DNA of 59,472 bases, filler included, from Sphacelaria rigidula (GCA_964200075.2; 8 parts of 8 records of this genome joined end to end with filler, not necessarily neighbours in it), one strand, 5' to 3'. Numbered from the whole stretch's first letter, positions 37,235 through 50,551 are shown. Notes: generated by a model from the sequence alone, not told the origin. Numbers and translations are program-made.

Positions 37235-39500
37235 GGCTATCGTAGAAAGTGTCTCGGGCGGATAAAAGAGAGCGGGGTCGCGTTTTCCGACTCCTTTTCA
37301 GCGTGCGGGACGTGCAAGATAAACAAAAGCACACAGCAGAATCATCCCAAGACCAAGAGCACAGGCGCGACGCAACGACTTCAACTCGTCAGCACGGACC
37401 CTCGAGGGCCCGTCACTCCAACTGCGATCGGTGGCTACCAGCACATGGCCAAGTTTACCGATCATTATTTTCCAGGCTCAAGGCCGAAAAGTGACGCCCT
37501 TTCTTCTCTGGTACGGTTCGTTCAAGACCTCGCCATTCCACTCGGTCTACGGGTACAACGTCTACAATCGGACAACGGCGGGGAATATGTCAGCATTGCG
37601 TTCCGCGACTACTGCAAAACTACGGGGATCATACAGCAGTTCAGCTCCCCGCACACGCCGCAGCAAAACGGCATATCGGAGCGCGACGGGCGGACCATCA
37701 TGGATATGACCCGCTACCTCCTGAACGAAGCGGGTCTGCCTAAGCACCAATGGGGGGAGATTGCGGCAACTGCGGTATTCCTCATAAACCGCCTACCGCA
37801 CAAGGCTCTACAAGGGGACACGCCCTACCATCGCATGTTCGGCAAGCAGGCAAACCTTTCATTTCCTCGGATCATCGGCTTCAGGGCCTTCGTCGACGTC
37901 GAAGGTCATACCACCAAGCTGCAGCCAAAAGCGTGGGAAGGTGTTTTGCTTGGCTACAACGACGACAGCCCAACCTTTCGTATCTGCGATCGGGCTACGG
38001 GACGCATTACAACCTCCCGGAATGTCACCTTCACCAAGCCGGTTCCGGAACCCCTGAGCTGTGCCAATCTTCCGGATAGTGAAGAAGAAGAATCATCGAT
38101 CGACACGGCGGATCTGGAGCAAATCCGCGACCACTGCAGATAGCACGGCACATATCAAGCCCGACCACTGCGAGCGCGGCTAGCGCCAAAAGGATTCTTC
38201 GGTGCCTCAAGCGCAACCCAGGTCTCGTCATTACCTACAGGCGCGCCAGCGACTTCAGCAGCGACGCCTCCTACGCATCTGGATTATCAAGCAAATCCAT
38301 CACCGGATCAATGATTTTTCTGAGTGGAGGGCTCATTCACTTCGACAATCAAGTTCAACGCATAACCGCGCAATCGACATCGGAGGCGGCGCTCATCGCA
38401 ATGAACAGCACCGCCAAGCACGGGCTCTACTTCTCTTCTATGCTGGGGGAGCTAGGATGATCACGGCAACGCACCTTCACCCGGTATGCCGACAACCGGA
38501 GCTCCCTGACCCTAGCTTCGGAGGCGAACTTCAGCCAGAGGTCGCGGCACATCGCCGTCCGCTTCGCCGCACTCCGCGAATGGATCCATGAAGGCATCAA
38601 GCTAAACTTCAGTCCAGGCCGCCACATGTTGGCCGACATTTTCACCAAGTACTGCGTCCGCGAGGTACAAGACAGCCTCATGCGGCAAATCCTCCAGTTC
38701 CAGTGACGACGCCAAAACTCAAGGATCGGGCTCCTCACCATCGCCATGGGATAGTCCCGGCGGCATCTTCTGTACATCTCGTCCGGAGTAGCAACCTCAG
38801 AAGATTTGTGCATACTTTCTGCATTTCCTGAGTAGCTTGAATATCTAGGCTGAAATTGTTGACTTCCTGTAGACAGCATTCTTACGTCGTTTTCATTTGC
38901 TGCATCTACCGTGCATGCTACAGAAGGAAGCGTGAGAGATCTTGGTTCGATCTCTGTTGGTCGCAAGTGGGACTAAAATCTTTTGCGTAAGTGTTTTTTG
39001 CGTCAAGATATTCCTCCTTTGGATTATTTTCCTTTGAGGTGCCTTGCCATTGAGGGGAAGCGTTGGAATATTCAATGTCAGCCATTGGTAACGACTACTA
39101 TATATCGTAGGTTATCGTGAACAAGTAAGAAACCGTTTGAGTGTTCCAGAAATAGTCTGCGGTATATTCTGCGGTACATTATGTTTCCAGAACAAGTTGT
39201 CGGGGGATTAATCGGGAGTTATCGGTTGTAATATCCCGCGAGTGTTCTAGACGTGTGGAAGTTCTGGAAGTTCATTAGCTGATCGGTAGGCTCGCACACT
39301 TGGTGCTCGCCCACCTGATCACTCCTTTACTACTTCTCTTCTTCATCACCATCAGCGAAAACTTGACCTCGGGAGTCAGTCAATAATAAGCATCTTCATT
39401 TCTTGAGTCAAATTCTCTGAAGGATCAAACCGTGGCCCGAGTGTGATCCTCCGCGGTAGGCTATTCAGTCTACAAGGCACACGCAGCACAGCACCGCCGC
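37235..39500 (+). mobile_element. Ty1/copia remnant: integrase, RT core deleted, RNase H, PPT and probable 3' LTR
   Basis: CGTC, STD..GP, SDNGGEY and TPQQNGISER integrase motifs; AKRILR, QSTSEA and MLADIFTK; purine tract ttgaggggaag at 39050-39060 followed by cgttgg (TGTTG-like). The LTR end is uncertain. Confidence 0.88.
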
Positions 39501-40060
39501 AGCTGCAGGACGCTTTACACTCTCACTGTAAACGTTTGGGCCATGGCCTTTTCAGCAAAGGTTTCTTGTTTGTTGTTAGTTTTTGCCTGTGTAAATACCG
39601 AGTAGCCCCCCCCTCTTCCCCCCCCCCCGGTGCAGTGCTGGCGAAAATATCAGATATCTCCTACACGACTGCACGACACAATAAACGTACGGTATAATCC
39701 TTGTCGTTTGCCGCAGATGCCATTGATGAAGTTGACGGACCTTGTCTGCGGGGTTTAGTGTGTCCTTGGCTAATTTCTTGGCGTCGTCACTTCTCACAGA
39801 ATCGAAAAGGGCTCGTAGATGCTCCATACTATACATATTTTCACATCGGAGTGTAGCTCCCATAAACAGCTTTCAACAACGCTAGAGTTGCCGCCCCCCG
39901 AGAAGTTGTAATGCCCTCTATAACACCAAACGGTGAACGATCAGGTATTTGAACACACCGTCGCAACATGGTGCATGTCAGGGGAAAGATCTAGTTATAC
40001 CATTCGACTATGTCATCAATATCCCTGGTCGCTGTGCCTCTGATGCATGCATGCCCTCAG

Positions 40061-40232
40061 ATGACGGGTCGGCCGTCGGGGCAGACTGACGAAGAAACCG
40101 CTGATGGCGACAAACAGAACGCGAAGGACATCGTCGACGAAGTGAACGTGGAGAACGACGAGTACGCCGGCGAGGGAGGCGGCCAGCAGGGGAGTCCGGT
40201 TGACGAACGACGCGCGAAGCCAAGTTTGCGGG
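40061..40232 (+). CDS. Possible isolated exon encoding an acidic low-complexity peptide
   Basis: ccctcag acceptor; GC3-rich codons (DEETADGDKQNAKDIVDEVNVENDEY); no partner exons identified. Confidence 0.3.
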
Positions 40233-40347
40233 GTAGACGCAAACGGCGGCCTCGTCGTAGAATACATTTTTCCATGTTTTTTTTACGGCCCTTCCGATGT
40301 GGGAATTTATGTTGTGAGACCGCTCCCTGTAGTAGACGAAAAACAAG

Positions 40348-40760
40348 CTCTGAAAAAATGCCTTCTTGGAGCTCCCACGTCGGTTTACGCTCTAGGAGAA
40401 AGCTAGGCGGGAATTGACACCTTCGAATGACTTGTTCTACTAGTCGAGGCGGTTCCAGGACATCTTCCCATTTCCCGGTGGCCGCAGGTTTTTATTTCAG
40501 CCCAACAAGAATATATGTTCAAGAACGGTCGAAAACAGTCATATCTCGAAAAAATCCCCACTTTTCTGTGGACTTGACCGTTATTGGACAAAAAATCTCT
40601 TTTGGCCCAAAATAACGACTGCGACCACCGGAAAACGGAAAGATATCCTAGAACCGCATCAACTAGTAAAGCAAGTCATTCCAAGGTGTCAAACTCCGCC
40701 TAGCTCTCTACTAGAGCGTAAACCGACGTAAAGGCTTCAAAAAGGCTTTTTGTCATGAGG
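40348..40760. mobile_element. Foldback/MITE, ~410 bp, nearly all inverted repeat
   Basis: acgtcggtttacgctctaggagaagctaggcgggaattgacacc... pairs with ...ggtgtcaaactccgcctagctctctactagagcgtaaaccgacgt; the arms stay similar up to a small central loop near 40550. Confidence 0.85.
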
Positions 40761-40850
40761 AAGGAAAATAGAGAGGCGTTATTTGTTCCCACCCAGACGA
40801 ACCTTAATTTGAGTTGCGATGGAATCTCAGGAGCAACTAAAATTGAGGCT

Positions 40851-43800
40851 TGTCTCACCCCTCAAGTTATGAGGAGACAACGCGAAAAAAAAAAAAAAAG
40901 AGAGAAAAAAACAAGAGGGCAATGACCAGCCTGGTGCCCGATCCTCCCACACCTCAAAGAAGAAAAACCAACGGTGCCTCAAAAAGCGCAATTACGCAAT
41001 TGCGGTTGACTGCGCAGGAGCACACAATGCTGCTGCGAGCTAGCGAACAAACGGGAAAAGTACACAATGCTTTGACGCGCTATCTAGATAAAAAGCGAAG
41101 CAAAACCCCGTAAAGGACACAGTGGAAATTTCAAGCAGGAGGCAAAACTCAAAGACCCGAATAGGGTCGAGTGTCAGCCAGACAAAGCGGCGGCAGCGTA
41201 CGAGTCAATGGAAGGGGGCGAAGGGGTCCAGAAGAAGTCGTCGAAGAGGTTGATGAGGGCAGAGATGAGCCGCGATAGGAGAGCCAGCGTAGGTGAAGCA
41301 GTGAAGAGCAGAGCGTACCTGAGGGGGGACGAAGGAAGGACCAGAACCAAACTAGGAGGGGAGACACAAATCGGGTGAAAAGGGAATGCGAAGAGATAGC
41401 TCAAGATGAAGCACTGATGTCGTGTGTACGATCGATATTGCGCTGAAGTTTTCGACGTAAGCCGTGTGACTTGAAGCGTTGTAGGCACCAGGAACCGCGG
41501 GGTGCGGAAGGGCTGGTCGTGTAAAAATCGGGGCGAAGCTTGAGTTGAACTGGGCCAGGGTCGTCGAGGAAACGCACGATGTACGTGTCGACCGCGAGGG
41601 CATCGACGGAGTGGATCTGACCTAGCCACCAGAGGTAATCGCTGCCCTTATACCGCAAGTAAGGTCTTTAGGGAGCGGTTGTTGTTTTGCGCGAAGCTTT
41701 TCGTCCCATTGTTTGGTGGGTACGAGTTCGTAACCATCGGCTACAAAACGTAGGCCTTTGTCGCGGTGGAGTTCGCGGGCTGCGGCGCCGCGTCTCATGT
41801 TGCGATATCCCTTGTTATCAGCGAGCTGTTGCTGTGGGGATTATGTTCAATAGAGAAGGATGACACGACGGTGCAGTTGAAGGTCGGACTCGCGTTCCCA
41901 AGACGCACGCCACAGACCTTGCCAGTGTGTTTTGTACATAACAGCAATTTTGCCGCCAGGGCCTCGAGTGATTTTGTGGCCGGAAATGTGCGACACGGTC
42001 AAGCAAAGAGGTTGTTCAGTCACGTCATCGGTGGTAACGTGGTACAGTGGAGATTTTGTTGAGTAGCTGTTGAGCACGTGTTGGGTGAGACCTGCAGGCA
42101 GGTATTGAGGCATGTCCGTGGTGTCATGCGGGTTCGTGCAGGGCTTACAACGATGCACAGAGACGCGAGATTTAGCGTCGTGCCCCTGGAAGTCACGAGG
42201 TAAATCGAGGTTGAGGAGTTTGTCGCCAACGGGCTTGCCGTCAGGAGATGTCGGCGAGGGTCCGACCAGGAGAATATTGAATGGACCCGTCCAATTGAGG
42301 GACAGTTTCGTCTTCAAGACTGCTGCCTGGGCAGCACGATCAGCGCCTTGACGGATGGTGGACAAACTATTGTAGATGCAGACCCAATCGCCGATCTTCC
42401 AAGTAGGACGTTTGTGCATCAAGTTGTAGAGGGCACTATTGGATCTTTCAAGGCGAAAGACGTTGATAGCGCGTTGTTCGCGCACCAAGTTGAAAGTTTT
42501 GCGCTGACGAGCCCTGGCGAGCTCGTGGTAGGACATCTGATCCTGTTCCAGACCTTGGTGACCATCGAAGGTATGTCGTTCGAAAACGGTGATGGGCAGA
42601 CGAGGGTAGCGTCCAAGATGCAGCTCGTTGGGCGAGAGGCCCGTAGCCGCGTTAACCGAATTGTTGTAAGACAACATGACATGCGAGAGATGAAGGTCCC
42701 AATCATTTTGTCGGTCGTTGACGACCATGGATAGCATTTGAGCCATCGTGTGGTTCACACGTTCAGTCCCACCGTTACCGTTAGGGTGGTAGGCGCTCAT
42801 GGCAATTTTGCGAATGCCGAGGAGCTTGTACAAAGCATCCGAGAGATCGGAACAAAATTGTTGACCATTGTCGGAGAGGAGCCGTCTTGGGCAGCCATAG
42901 TGCTTAATGCAGTCATGGACGAGAATGTCCGCTGTGCCGGCAGCAGTGAAATCGCTAGCAGTGACAGCATACATGGCGCGTGACGGCTGAAGCGGTCGGT
43001 GAAGAGTAGAATGTAGGTATTACCACGGTCAGTTGGAGGTAGAGGACCGAAGTAGTCGAACGATACGAAGTGACCAGGAGCGTTTGGAAGCTCCATGGAA
43101 ATCACCGGCCATCGCACAGTCTGTCGAGAACCTTTGCGAGCTTGGCGCTTGAAACATCGGCGGACCCAAAAACGCGTGGATGCTTCCATGCCAATCCACC
43201 AATAAAAGCGTTCAGGGAGCGCTAATGTGCGCGTGACGCCTAAGTGGCAGGACACTTCAGAATGACAGCCTTTCATGACCCACGGGCGCATCATGATAGG
43301 GACATAGACGCGGAGAGGGGCGTCATGACGCATAAGTGCCGAAGCGGCAGCTGTTACGGCGGCAGCCGTGCCCAATTGGGATTTGGGTCGACGAACGAGC
43401 AGATGAACTTCCTCGTCAGTCGTGAAGACGGTACCTTTGCGTGCCAGCTCGAGCACAGCAGAGGCGGCGGGAGCGGGTAAAGGGCCTACGGTGGTCAGGG
43501 TTTCCGACGGGAAAGGGGTGGAGCAGTTAAGCCTCAAGTACCGCATTGTCGCACGACAGAGCGGGTCCTGTTGTTGGTCGCGAGCCCAGGCGTGGTGAGA
43601 GTAGCTGGCGAGAAATTCTCGAAGTTGGCCTTCAGCCGGAGAGCCAACCAGGCACGGTGGCTCAGGAGGTGGTGGGACAAGTGAAGAAGCAGGTATGCTG
43701 ACGTCAACGTGTTGACCCGGGAGCGGATCTGACGCATGTGTATCACGAGCCAGAGGCGCAGGTGCTGGAAGATTCCCAGAAGGCGACGTGGGTGTAGCGC

Positions 43801-44580
43801 GAACTGGTGAACGCGATCGGCGCGTTGGGCGCACACGGGGCGCGGGCGGTGTTGGTACAACACTGGGCACACGGCCAGTTGTTGAAGGCGTGGTACGGTT
43901 CGTGGGGGCACAAGGCGGCGGCGGCGACGTATTGCTACGCGCGGTCGGCGATGGTGGGGGCATTACAATCCGCGAAGAATTGGCACGAGCTGCCGACCGA
44001 GAGCGCGTGTTGTCGGAGATGAGGTGAACAGTTGGTGGTGGCGGCACCGAGATGTGCGCACGAGGGCCGAGAGTGCGAAAGTCGGCAAAATCAGCAGCCG
44101 TGTGCGCTAAGCCATCCAAGACTGTATCAGGGGGTAGAGGGCGGGGGCCACCCATGTGCAGACCTGTTTCGGGGCATTGCAGGTCGAGCGCGTAGATGGG
44201 CGTAGAAAAACGCCGGATGGGGTAGACGCCTGGTTCGTCAGGTTCAGTCAAGCGGCAAGCGGGGCTGAAATCTACCGCTGTAGGAGGTAGGGGTAATCGC
44301 GAAAGAAGGTCAGCATTGCCGTTGGTTTTGCCCGGACGGTGTCTAACAGTGTACTGGTAGGCAGTCAAGAACTCCAGCCATCGTTGTACGCGGGGGTTAT
44401 GTTCTCCAACCTTAGCGAGTTGTTCAAGAGCTCCGTGATCCGTATAGATGTGGAAAGGCACGTGGAACAAGTACTGTCGAAGCCTTTTAATAGCCCAAGT
44501 GATAACTCCGCCTTCGAGTTCGAGGGGACTCCAGTTTGCCTCATTTGGGAGGGTCGCGCGGCTGATGTACAAAATAGGTC
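40851..44580 (-). mobile_element. Ty3/gypsy family B, 3' half: RNase H, Pro-rich linker, integrase, chromo-like and Tudor-like domains, 3' noncoding/LTR
   Basis: CH..CHLG zinc finger; SFDYFGP, SDNGQQF and YHPNGNGGTER; WTGPF (GPY/F); MYKTHWQGLWRASWERESDL. Frameshift near 42975. The CA terminus at 40851 is tentative. Confidence 0.93.
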
Positions 44581-44746
44581 NNNNNNNNNNNNNNNNNNNN
44601 NNNNNNNNNNNNNNNNNNNNNNNNTTAATTAATTAANNNNNNNNNNNNNNNNNNNNNNNNNNNNNNNNNNNNNNNNNNNNGTGGGGGGTGGGGGCAGGGT
44701 GGGGGGGGGGGGGGGGGGTCGCCCGCCCCACCCCCCCCGGGGCCCG

Positions 44747-44783
<37 letters not shown>

Positions 44784-44969
44784 TTGGAGCTGTATCTTCC
44801 ACGAAAGCAACAACAGTTGTTAGAAGGCGGTTGCTACGGATTAAAACATTCTCATTGCTGGACACCAGTTTCACCCAAATCCAAGCGCACCAGGTGTGTT
44901 GGTAGTCTTACACACCCCCGACCCTTTTTTCACGGAATCAACCCCCCCCTCCCTTCTCCACAAAATATA

Positions 44970-45525
44970 CGAAGAGGAACACCCGAAGATACACGGGAGG
45001 TCAAGAGAAGGGATAGGCATGAAAACATATCTGCATGGCCTAATGGACTCCGCGAAAACTTCGAAACCGCGATTTCGGGTGGGGGACCTGGACCTACCAG
45101 AAAGAACGAATATATTCACCAGTATAGGAGAGAGGAGGAGGAAGTAGATGTACAGAAATGCCCCCGTGGCAAAGCAGTAAAGAGCAGAACTCATATGGTG
45201 GCGGAAAAGAAATACACAGAGAGGAACGGGCGTGCTAGAGGGGGAAATGCGGAACGTGCACAAAGGTCGCATGCAATTGTTTGATGCACTAGACAGTAGC
45301 GAAAAAACGATAGTCATTCTTGTACTAGGAGATAGATGGTAGCTATAGACGGCGAATCAGGACTGGAATAAGATATGTAAAATGTTCTTCTGTAATATAG
45401 GGAAGAAACGTAATGCGCACCGAAATGTTTGAGGTGTCTCTATCAGAGAGTGGAAACGGTGCTTCGTCTCGGAAGGGATGCGTGGTCAATGGTCAAACGA
45501 CCAGGGCAAGCAATAAATGAGTGCA
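44970..45525 (+). mobile_element. LINE 3' fragment followed by ~47-nt poly(C)
   Basis: RFRVGDLDLPE and KCPRGKAVKSRTH; homologous to 30430-30905; ends aaatgagtgca-Cn. Confidence 0.88.
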
Positions 45526-45534
45526 CCCCCCCCG

Positions 45535-45574
<40 letters not shown>

Positions 45575-46817
45575 TCCCTTCGTGATGTGTGACCTCGCTT
45601 ATCCTCACAAGATTCCATGCAGAATGTGCAAAACCCCGTGCTCACGCCGAAAATTTTCGGCCTCCGTTCATTCCCGTACGAAAACTTGTTGTACTCGCTC
45701 ATCAGAATTCCCTGTTGACACGGGATCTGTGCTCTATTTTTTCATTTCAGGATGAGCGAGGCAACAACATATCTTTGCCGGAGAGTGCATTTTCATTTTC
45801 TTTCAGAAAAATATTTCCATGCTTGTTAACGTTCCAAAGGTTTTAACCTAGAAAAAAAATCCTCAGATGGTGGAAATCCCGTGTTTGTTGATCAATGTAT
45901 ATAGCTCGAGGCATCCCATGTTCATCTAGAGACTGATTTCAGTAGTTCATTTGAGCTTGTGCTTCATGTCCGGGCTGCGTGACTGGTGTGTACCACAGCA
46001 AGGGTCATTGCGCCACTAGTTTATTTTGCCTTCTGAACGGCAGCCAAGAGCCCAAAAAGTCTTGGCGAACAATATCCCGAAAAATTCCGAACCAAGACTA
46101 TTTCTTACGGATGTTTCTTTGCGAGGAAGTTGCTGTTGTTGACGATAATGCAGCATTGTTGGAATTTTCAGTGCTTCGACATAGTTGACTCAGAAGTGCA
46201 GGCACCAACACAGAGACCATTGTTATCACATGTCTTGAACATTTCGTATCATCCCGCAGAGAGGAGTCCAGCTCGCTTCCCCGAATCGCCTGGCTAAGGG
46301 GTTTCGAAAGTGATGTCCCTGAGAATGTCCAACTGGACATGGCAAAATGTGACCACGACATAAAAGAATCGGAGTAATCACTACCGAATCCTGCAGACAC
46401 CGTATTATTTCATGGTTCAGTTAGTTAATTTTTTGTTCAGACGACATTCCCGAAACCCCGGAGCCTAGCGAATCTGAAACGTGGGCTAGACTCCTTGAGG
46501 TGGTGTGATGCGAAGTGTCCAAGACATGTGACGGCGGTGATGTTCCCTGTTTGGGGGGCAAAAATTGGGTCAAATATCCCGACACTGAAAACGACAAAAA
46601 TATATCAACTCTTGAACGGACCAACCTATGAACAAAATGGCCGCCGACTCCAAAACAAAGCTTCGCCGCTTTTCTTCCCTGAATTCCTTCCCCGAATGGG
46701 GTAGGGGGGTGGGGGGGTAGGGGGGTGGGGGGGTCGGGTTCTCACCTCTCGCTTGCCTTGGTCGTTCAATTGTTGATCACGAATCCCTTTCGAGAAAGAG
46801 CATGCTGGGGGGGGGGC

Positions 46818-46945
46818 GTACTCATTTGTTGCTCGCCTTAGTCGGGTGACCATTGACCACGCATCCCTTTCGAGATGGAGCACCGTTCCTACTCCTAATA
46901 GAGGCATCTCCAACATTCTGGCGCTCATTAAGTTCCTTCCGTAGC
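46818..46945 (-). mobile_element. Short LINE 3' fragment ending in C10
   Basis: Homologous to the same LINE terminus; ends aaatgagtacg-cccccccccc; a C-run also lies at its 5' flank. Confidence 0.85.
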
Positions 46946-49021
46946 TCTGAGGGGGGGAGGGGCATCTCAGCGGCCAATCAACATGCATCTTTTCAAAACT
47001 AGTTAGTCGCATGTGAATGTGACTATGCTGCTGTTTGGGAATTGGAAACTAGTCAGAGAATTTCCTGGAAAAATTCCTATGAGGAAAATTATCAACATCG
47101 ATTGGTTGCGACATGGCGTGCTGTCACTCGATAATCAAAGTTTCCAAGTCAAACCGGCTGCATGTTTCAGGACGATGTCGGAGAGCGGGGGACAGGGATA
47201 TTGCAGTCCGCGGTCAACCTGTTCACCGCTCGGGTGGGGTAATCCGATGAACCGACACTATTTTCACTTGAAAAATGAGTCAAAGACCCAGATCGCACAC
47301 CCTGGGGGTCATGGGGTCCCTCGTTTCCTCTCCTCGGCGCCAGGTTGGGTCTAGATCTCACATCATTTTTTCGAGAGAAGATAACGGGTGACAGATGATC
47401 CATCCCGAAAGTCACCCGGTCAGGTACGCTTTGATGTGCACTTCCTCTCCTTCCAGATAAAACATCACGTCGGGGAATCGGTTTTCGAACCTTGACGAAT
47501 AATTACCCCGGGATCGCATACAACGTATATATACCGATAATACATTTTCCAGCCGTGTGGCGTGAGGTTGCTGCAGTAAGGCATTGCAGTGACACACGAC
47601 ATTTGACCCAAGATACCCCTGTTTCAAGGAGGTATCATGATAGAGTACACACTGAGGCCGCGCCTTAGACCATCTTTTATGGCAGTAATCAATCTCGATT
47701 TTTTCAACATCGAGGGGAAAAAAATAGGGGGAACGCACTTCATGGGCCTTGATTTGGACGAAATCGGGGGAGAAAAAATCAGGGTGTCGCGATTGCAGAA
47801 CCACCTTCCCCGATTTTTGAAAATTCCGACAAAAAAAGTGCGGTGGAAAGCAAAAAAATCCGTGTTGTGAGGTAGGTCGTGATTCCAATCATCGTCACTT
47901 ATGTTGGAATCATGAGCCATCAGGTGAGGGAGATATTTTTTGTTCACCGCACATTTTCGATTGACATTTTTTTTGCTCAAAAAAACACGCCGTATGAAGA
48001 AAACCGTCCGCCGCAGCTTTCTGTTCCATGATACAGATGAAGTATCTTGTCCGGTGTCTTCCGGAGCTCTAACACCAGCGGATGGCCGATGCTCTGTGGA
48101 AAGAAAGTGGAGGTTGTCCCAGTTCGTTCGAATATTACGTATGGTTGGTATGACTTGAGTTGAGTGCGACACCGATGAGTTTTCACTTTTTCGAGGAGCC
48201 GACCGCCCCGCGAGTGCTCCTTGCCTGCCCAGGATCCACTCTTGTTTTCTTGAGGTCTGCCAACAACACAAGCCTCAACTATGAAATCCTTCGCACCCCA
48301 CCTCCCGCCTTGCCCGAAGATCCTCGGCATGCCTTGGGTTGTGGCTAGGGTTCGCATCAGTACTATTAAAAAAAATGTAAACTATAGACACTGTGGAACC
48401 GAACTGCGATAAACCCACCAGGTCGAATTCGAGTTTATTAGGTCGCAGAGGTTCCTCGAGAGCGGCAGCACGGACCCCGATGCAGTGTTGACGGTGTTTC
48501 AGTCCAGATTTCGACTTCCGTATTTTCGGTCGATCGACCCGGTCCGGATTACCGGTTACCTTTTTCGAATTTTCATCTGCTTGTTGCACTGTTTTAGAGC
48601 CGAGAAACTGTGTTTCACGGTCAATGACACCCTTCTTATAGACGGGGTATCTACTCGTATCGCCCGACAAAATTAACAATATCTAACTTGGGCACCACGG
48701 GGGGCGGGGGGCGGGGATGATCTCATCATTTCACCAAAAGCTGCCGACGCCAGCACTTTCGAGTTCTATGGAAGGGTCGTCCCGAGAAAAAGTCCTTCAG
48801 GACAAAAGTAGTTCAGGCACCCAGTGCTATACACCGTCGTTGCATGAGTCTACTTGGTACAACAGTGCAGCAGTCTGGAATTTCCGGCTCAAACGTTGCC
48901 GCGGACCTTTCCAGGCGTTTCCAGCGCTGTCCCCGCCGTCAGCGTCGCACACTCTGTGAGCATTCAAGACCAGTCCCGGTCCATCACATGACAGATTAAG
49001 CGAGACAAACATGGTACTTAC

Positions 49022-49160
49022 AGTTGGCACCATCGCCCGCGGGATCCAGAACCTTCTTGGCCACAGTGCTGTTGGGTAGTGCTGCAGCGAACAGCGCGAC
49101 AGCAACAACTCCGGCCCTCAGCAGCAAGCTGCTCCTTCTGTCAGCACTTGTCGACGACAT
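49022..49160 (-). CDS. First coding exon of a secreted/ER-targeted protein (MSSTSADRRSSLLLRAGVVAVALFAAALPNSTVAKKVLDPAGDGAN)
   Basis: gccATG start, hydrophobic signal-peptide core and a perfect gtaagt donor (phase 1); below the ORF-track length cutoff; downstream exons not identified. Confidence 0.6.
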
Positions 49161-49984
49161 GGCTAGTCGAAGCACTGCAGGGTACGGTCAATACCACGTA
49201 CAGTACAGTACTCCTACACGGTACCCAGCCAGTGAAAGCGTACTGTACCTATCCGTACACGGTGTGTAGTAATACCGTCTCGTACTGTATGCCCTGTTGC
49301 ACTGGGGTGTGATAGACCGGTGCGGGGGTAAGCACGGCGAATGAGGTGGGGGTGGCGTGCGCGGTCCCTCGATCATGTCCACATGAACAACTACGGTATC
49401 ACGATGAGGCCTGAGCGGATAAACTGGAATGCATATGTGAACGTGTGAACGGTCATCCCCTGAGGAACACGAAACGTATTCCGCCTGCTGTACTTTGTTT
49501 TTCTGAGATGGGATAATTTCGGATCTTCGAATCTTGGATCTTCATGACTGCATACGACCGGCGCTGCGGAGGTGACCTCGTACAGGCACGCGTGCGTGCA
49601 ACAACCTATTACACTATTGACGAGCATGATGATGATGCGTGGGTAAGCCTCTTTCCTTCTTTCTTCATATTTATGTGTTCGGCGTTCAAAATGAAAGCGT
49701 GCCTCATTAGATCCAGGGCTCACATCACAGTCTTGGTGAGGTAGCTAGTCACAATCAATCATTCAGACCCGCGGCCGAGCTGCCAGGGTGGGAAGGCAGC
49801 AGCGGAGCGCCGAAGCCACTCGCTGAGGCAGAGTGTCACACGTCAGACGTCTGTAGGATACGCATCACACTAACTTCATTATTTGAAATTCTTTCAAATT
49901 GCACGGTCAGAGCAGCGAAACAAAGGACTCAAGCGTGTTCACCCAACATCACCCCGGCAATGCAACATCATCATCATCATCAAG

Positions 49985-49985
<1 letters not shown>

Positions 49986-50042
<57 letters not shown>
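49986..50042 (+). repeat. (AAC)n microsatellite
   Basis: About 19 perfect units. Confidence 0.97.
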
Positions 50043-50550
50043 GTATTCATACATCGGATTATGTCAGTGCTGTATATTCCATTGAATTCGAAACTTCGAT
50101 GCAATCTCCAACAGCCAAGTCCAGGTGAAATGGGTGGGTATGACTTGCCCGGAATCATCTAGGAGCACGTTTTTTCGCAGCTTGAGCAGTCACGAAGTCT
50201 TCGGCTGTTGGACGTGTCACCATGCAAACGGGTTGCACAGTCCGCTCACGCCACACCGTTCTATATTCGGCATTGCTTACTTGCAGCACCAGTGCGGCGG
50301 TTGTTAACGCGTGCATACTATACTGTAGTATAGCATAGTGAGACGTGGAACGTTGGCGAATAAATTCGCCTCAAGGTACCCCCCTGACCGCCACCCGTGA
50401 ATCATGTATCGTGTGTGTTCATCACTGCTAATGCTGCACTGGCACAGTTCTTCTTGTATCCACCTGGGAACGACCAGCCTGTTTCAACCGTCCCAAGTTT
50501 GACTGTATGAAGTATATTGATGCTTGTCGTGCTTCCGAACATGGAACATT

Positions 50551-50551
<1 letters not shown>

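Noticed and set aside
39741-39863. Candidate first exon (MEHLRALF...NPADK|gt) for the Xkr-like gene; likewise a candidate last exon at ~29520-29554
   Set aside because: Both lie across artificial linkers in different blocks, so phase compatibility is not evidence.
44681-44782. Poly-G/poly-Pro ORFs and G-quadruplex-like tracts (also ~46698 and ~52328)
   Set aside because: Low-complexity and error-prone sequence; no evidence of coding or of function.
45600-48690. ~3-kb stretch with several 100-215 aa minus-strand ORFs
   Set aside because: No recognisable motif, TIR or splice pattern; possibly a decayed element, left uncalled.
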